The notes under the pieces are model-generated. The model saw nothing but the letters and a program-made list of their open reading frames with translations, was not told the DNA's origin and did no database searches. DNA of 62,766 bases, filler included, from Klebsormidium nitens (taxonomy: Eukaryota > Plantae > Klebsormidiophyceae), in the NCBI GenBank assembly GCA_000708835.1. It is 7 parts of 7 records of this genome, joined end to end, with 100 filler letters (N's around TTAATTAATTAA, not from the genome) between each part and the next. Parts side by side here need not be neighbours in the genome. Positions count along the whole stretch, not along the records: positions 43,139 to 59,815 come from DF237981.1; positions 59,916 to 62,766 come from DF238634.1; 5 more parts are not named here. One strand, 5' to 3'. Below are positions 59,188 through 62,766 of the stretch, piece by piece. Position 1 is the stretch's first letter. The number at the start of each line of letters is the position of its first letter. Position numbers and translations under genes: made by a program.

Positions 59188-60264
59188 CTAGCATGCTCAC
59201 TGAGAAGTATGACCTACTAAGGTCTCTACTGATACTAATTATCTGCTATGTCAGTTGGTGTGGGCTTGCTTGAGCTTGGATGGGGCGTTTATTGGCCGCT
59301 TTATCTCCTGCATGTGATTTTCGCTTCATTTTGCAGTGTAACATGCAATATTTGCAAGGGAGATCGGTCCATGTGTGGAGCCCGTGAGACTGCTAGCGTC
59401 GAAAACGTTACATTTAAATGAATATTCAAACATGTCGGTGCAAGCAGGGGGTCTGTATTGAGAAACAGGTCCTTGCCCACTACGTTTTTTGTCTCAGCAT
59501 GCCAAACTTGGCAAAAATCACGGGCAATGTGCGCAGTCCATGACATGCAAAGCATCGATTCTCAATCTGGGTCCCTTTCGGTCGGAGCGTCGGGATTGGG
59601 GGCCAAGGCTGCAGTTTTCTGCCACGTGTTCGCAAGCGGAGCACCCGGACCGTGACTGACGGCCGCTCCAACGGGCTCGATTACGGTACGACCGTCCTTA
59701 CTTACGATCGGTGGGGGCAGCTGATGCTCGTCACCCGGCAGCGTGCCCGAAAATGCCGGGGTCCGACCGTACGGAGCTGCGGGCACGTGGTACGGCGCGC
59801 CCGGGGCGAGTTTGGNNNNNNNNNNNNNNNNNNNNNNNNNNNNNNNNNNNNNNNNNNNNTTAATTAATTAANNNNNNNNNNNNNNNNNNNNNNNNNNNNN
59901 NNNNNNNNNNNNNNNAACCGCCGTTTTGACCATGTAGCTAGAGTGGTCGGTTTAGGCTGGCTAGTGGCTCTAAAGGTAGCTTTTGTAAAGCCCTTCCACA
60001 TGCAGAAACCAGAATGCGAAAATATTGAGCGACGCTCTTGTTACTGGCGAAGACGGGCCCCAGGACGTCAGACGCGCGCGCGCGAATCGATTTAGGGAAG
60101 TTCGACCTTAAAATGACGCTCTGAATAAAGAACAATGGCAGTTCTCTTCTCTGAAGCCACATGAAGTTCCTCTCCGGAGTTCGTCAAGCGAAGGGAATCT
60201 TGGCGACCACACGTAAACTTCGAAACAATTGACAAAATCCCATGACGACGAACTTTGCGCGCAC

Positions 60265-62157
60265 CTTGACAAGCTCCTGATTGCGCTGCCGCTGCGCCTC
60301 GTGCTCCGCAGCCATGCGCTTGCGCGCGAGCTCGTCCTCGTAGCGCAGCATCTGCGCCTTGTTCTGCGCCGCTTGCGCGTTCAACTTGCGCTGCTCCTCA
60401 AACGCGACGCGCTGCCGCTCAATGTCCGCCTGCGCCTGCTGCGCACGGTACCCTTCTTGCTTCGTCTTCTCCTCCGCTTGCCGCGTCTCCTCCTGCTTCC
60501 GTGTGATGTCAATGACCTGGCAAAAAGCAGGATTCGGATAAGGTTAAGAAAGGTGAAAGTCAAGTAAAGGTCTTCCTGGATACGTTTGAGACCCTGGTTG
60601 GTTCGTCGTCCCTTGGCTTGCCGCGCCTTCTCGTGCTTGAGCATAAAATATCTGACCTGCCGTTACGTGACAAAGGGAAGGCAATGCAAAGCCCAGTGCT
60701 TTGTGATTGTTGAGTTCTCGTTTGAATGCTCAGCATTGCTTCCCAACCAGTGTTCTCCCACTCGTGCATCTCATAGAGGGGCAAAAAGGGGGATCAGGAT
60801 ATTGATGAGATCCTTTTTCGGGCTTGTTATGACCACCGCAACCTCCCTCCACTAAGTTGCAGCAAGCTACTGTTTGACTCTGCTCCAGTCCAAACTATCT
60901 TTGATTGCAGATCTCCCCTCTGCCGAGTCAAGGTTGTCAGCCTTAAGTATGAGAAGAGCGTAGCGACAATATCTAACAAGAACCAGACCAATGAAGTGCT
61001 TTTACAAGGGTCTTAAACGGTTGTACTTTCCTTCTTTATTAATCCTTTTCGATGCTCAGATTCAAGCGCCCTCCTAATTGCATAGGTATCCCTCCACACA
61101 AATGAAGCTGTTGGCCTCTCCGTTTCCAGCCTGCTTGCATGCAGGCGCCAGGAGCAAACTGTCCCACTCCTTGTGTAAAACCCTTTACTCAGCAGCTCAG
61201 TAAAGAGGGTCTAAGCAAGCAACCAAACAAGGAACCCATGCTCCCAAGCATCGTTCCAACCAGTCATGTCAAGACCACGACCTTTCGAATCTGAAATACT
61301 TTGTACAAGCAGAGACACGACGATCAAATCTTGTTACATAGGAAGACTAATGAAGCGCCCTACTACCTGCATTGAGTGCCTGGTTACGGAACGAGATGGA
61401 TAGTATATGATGGCACTGACATGCTTCTCGGGTGTGGTGTCAACTTGAATACAAGAGAAACAACACGTTTGCTCACTATGATGCGGAGGCTTATAGGCAC
61501 ATCAAGCTTATTACCAGAAGGCGCAGCCTCGAAAGTGCTAGATCTAACTCAATTCGTTGCCCCCAAGCGCAGTCAAGCCTCTCTACTGAAGGATACATTC
61601 AAAAAGGGCAAGATCTACGACTTACCACCACTAAGCACAATTTTGCATGGATTGATGCTTACCGAACAGGCAGATTGCTGGAACTCACAGCTTGGAAAGC
61701 CAAGAAATCCTCATCAGATTTTGAATCAATCCTACTGGCGGACCAGATAACAAGGTTTCTGCATGAAACTTTGTAGCCATCAAGATTCAAAAGCGACCGC
61801 TACGATATCACAACGCTGCCATTAAAGACAATCAGAACAGCAGGACCGATACTTCGCCACCACTCCTTCATCACATCCCCCCTCTTGATTGCTCCTCGCC
61901 CCACTCACCTGTTTCGCATACTTTGACGAGTTAATCTCCCGCAGCACCTTGGCCCCCCTCTCAAGTGCCTCTGGATCAAAACCGGCTGCCGACGTCCTGG
62001 GAAAGGGGTTTGACGGCTTCTCCGCCTCAGGCGCTTCCTTTCCCTGCTCCGCGTAAGCGACTCGGTAGCTCAGTCCAACGCCGGCACTACCCCCAACCAC
62101 CGCCGCCATGGCTGCGGTCGAAAACTTCTTAAGCCCGAATTGGAGCGCCATTTTCAA
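60265..62157 (-). CDS. ATAD3: ATPase family AAA domain-containing protein 3, first two exons only
   Basis: Exon 62157-61909 (GFDPEALERGAKVLREINSSKYAKQ|gtgagt) and exon 60516-60265 (VIDITRKQEETRQAE...AQMLRYEDELARKRM...QRNQELVK|gtgcgc). Confidence 0.9.
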
Positions 62158-62766
62158 AGGCGCTTGTCAACCAGCAATCCTGCAGGCCCTGACCACCTTC
62201 GAGATCAACAAAAGGAGCTTGGCGGCACCCTTATCGTGCCACTACGCCAGGAAGAGGACCATTACCAGGTTTTGTGAAGGAGCTCCTCATCTGATGGCTG
62301 GGTGGTTCTGATTGCTGGATTGCAGTGGCCTGCCAGCCTCCCCTCACCTACGATCGCGCTGTTCCCAAGTGGCGTTGTGCCGCAGGAATTCACCTCATGA
62401 ACAGATTTGCGATGCTCAGCCGCTGTGCTCATCAGAGGTGAGATGGAAAGAAGAGCTTCCTCGGAAACAAGATCTAGTGTTAGTGACGGCTGGTACCAGG
62501 TACGTTACCCTTGGTTGCCGTTTGTCTATATGGATGTATCTTTTAAGAATTGAGCCGCGTCAGAATGTCGTTCGCCGCAACTACGGGCAGCTGCCGGCAT
62601 CTACCGTCGGCATATAATCCAGTGCGTTGAAGTACGTACCGCTTTGACACCAGACGGTCCTAGCCAATGGGGAAGACCATAACTAGAGAGACGCAAGAGG
62701 CGCAATGGCGCGAGTTTGACAGCACAGCAACCAGTCTGAGGTGCAGCGACTGCGATAGGAGGAACG

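Noticed and set aside
43139-59815. Prophage or bacterial contaminant
   Set aside because: Phase-consistent spliceosomal introns, no Shine-Dalgarno or operon features, and no phage structural genes.
60229-60644. Leu/Arg-rich plus-strand ORFs
   Set aside because: They are antisense shadows of the ATAD3 coiled-coil exon.
61376-61776. ORFs inside ATAD3 intron 1
   Set aside because: No motif, non-ATG starts and overlapping frames; probably spurious.
1-62766. tRNA, rRNA, major capsid protein, PolB, TET/JBP or DNA methyltransferase genes
   Set aside because: Looked for by eye; no supporting motifs found. They could still lie in gaps or be too diverged to recognise.

Overview
Eukaryotic nuclear scaffold, probably from a streptophyte alga such as Klebsormidium. 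This is inferred from plant-type O-fucosyltransferase and ATAD3 genes, GT-AG introns and N-gaps carrying an artificial TTAATTAATTAA linker. Two host genes (O-FucT 33266-37838 +; ATAD3 5' exons 60265-62157 -) sit among decayed DIRS and Copia retroelements, TTAA-flanked MITE-like elements and an intron-containing KDZ transposase whose 3' end overlaps a stand-alone SET gene. Two blocks (about 9.2-21.0 kb and 43.1-59.8 kb) carry virus-like genes: a D5/SF3 helicase, a Prim-Pol/SF3 primase-helicase, three NCLDV/PLV-type tyrosine recombinases, a decayed MASE1 hybrid histidine kinase and orphans. I found no capsid, packaging ATPase or PolB gene. The most striking signal is in the right block. Seven ORF fragments join, through phase-compatible GT-AG introns, into one AEP primase/Zn-ribbon/UL9-like SF2 helicase gene of about 1,600 aa. 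Most of its introns, and the intergenic space next to an intact recombinase, contain a family of 56-bp palindromes (TGTACCAGGATG-N32-CATCCTGGTACA, centred on CTA|TAG), and one intron donor is supplied by the repeat itself. All protein family calls come from recognised motifs, not database searches, and no splice model has RNA support.
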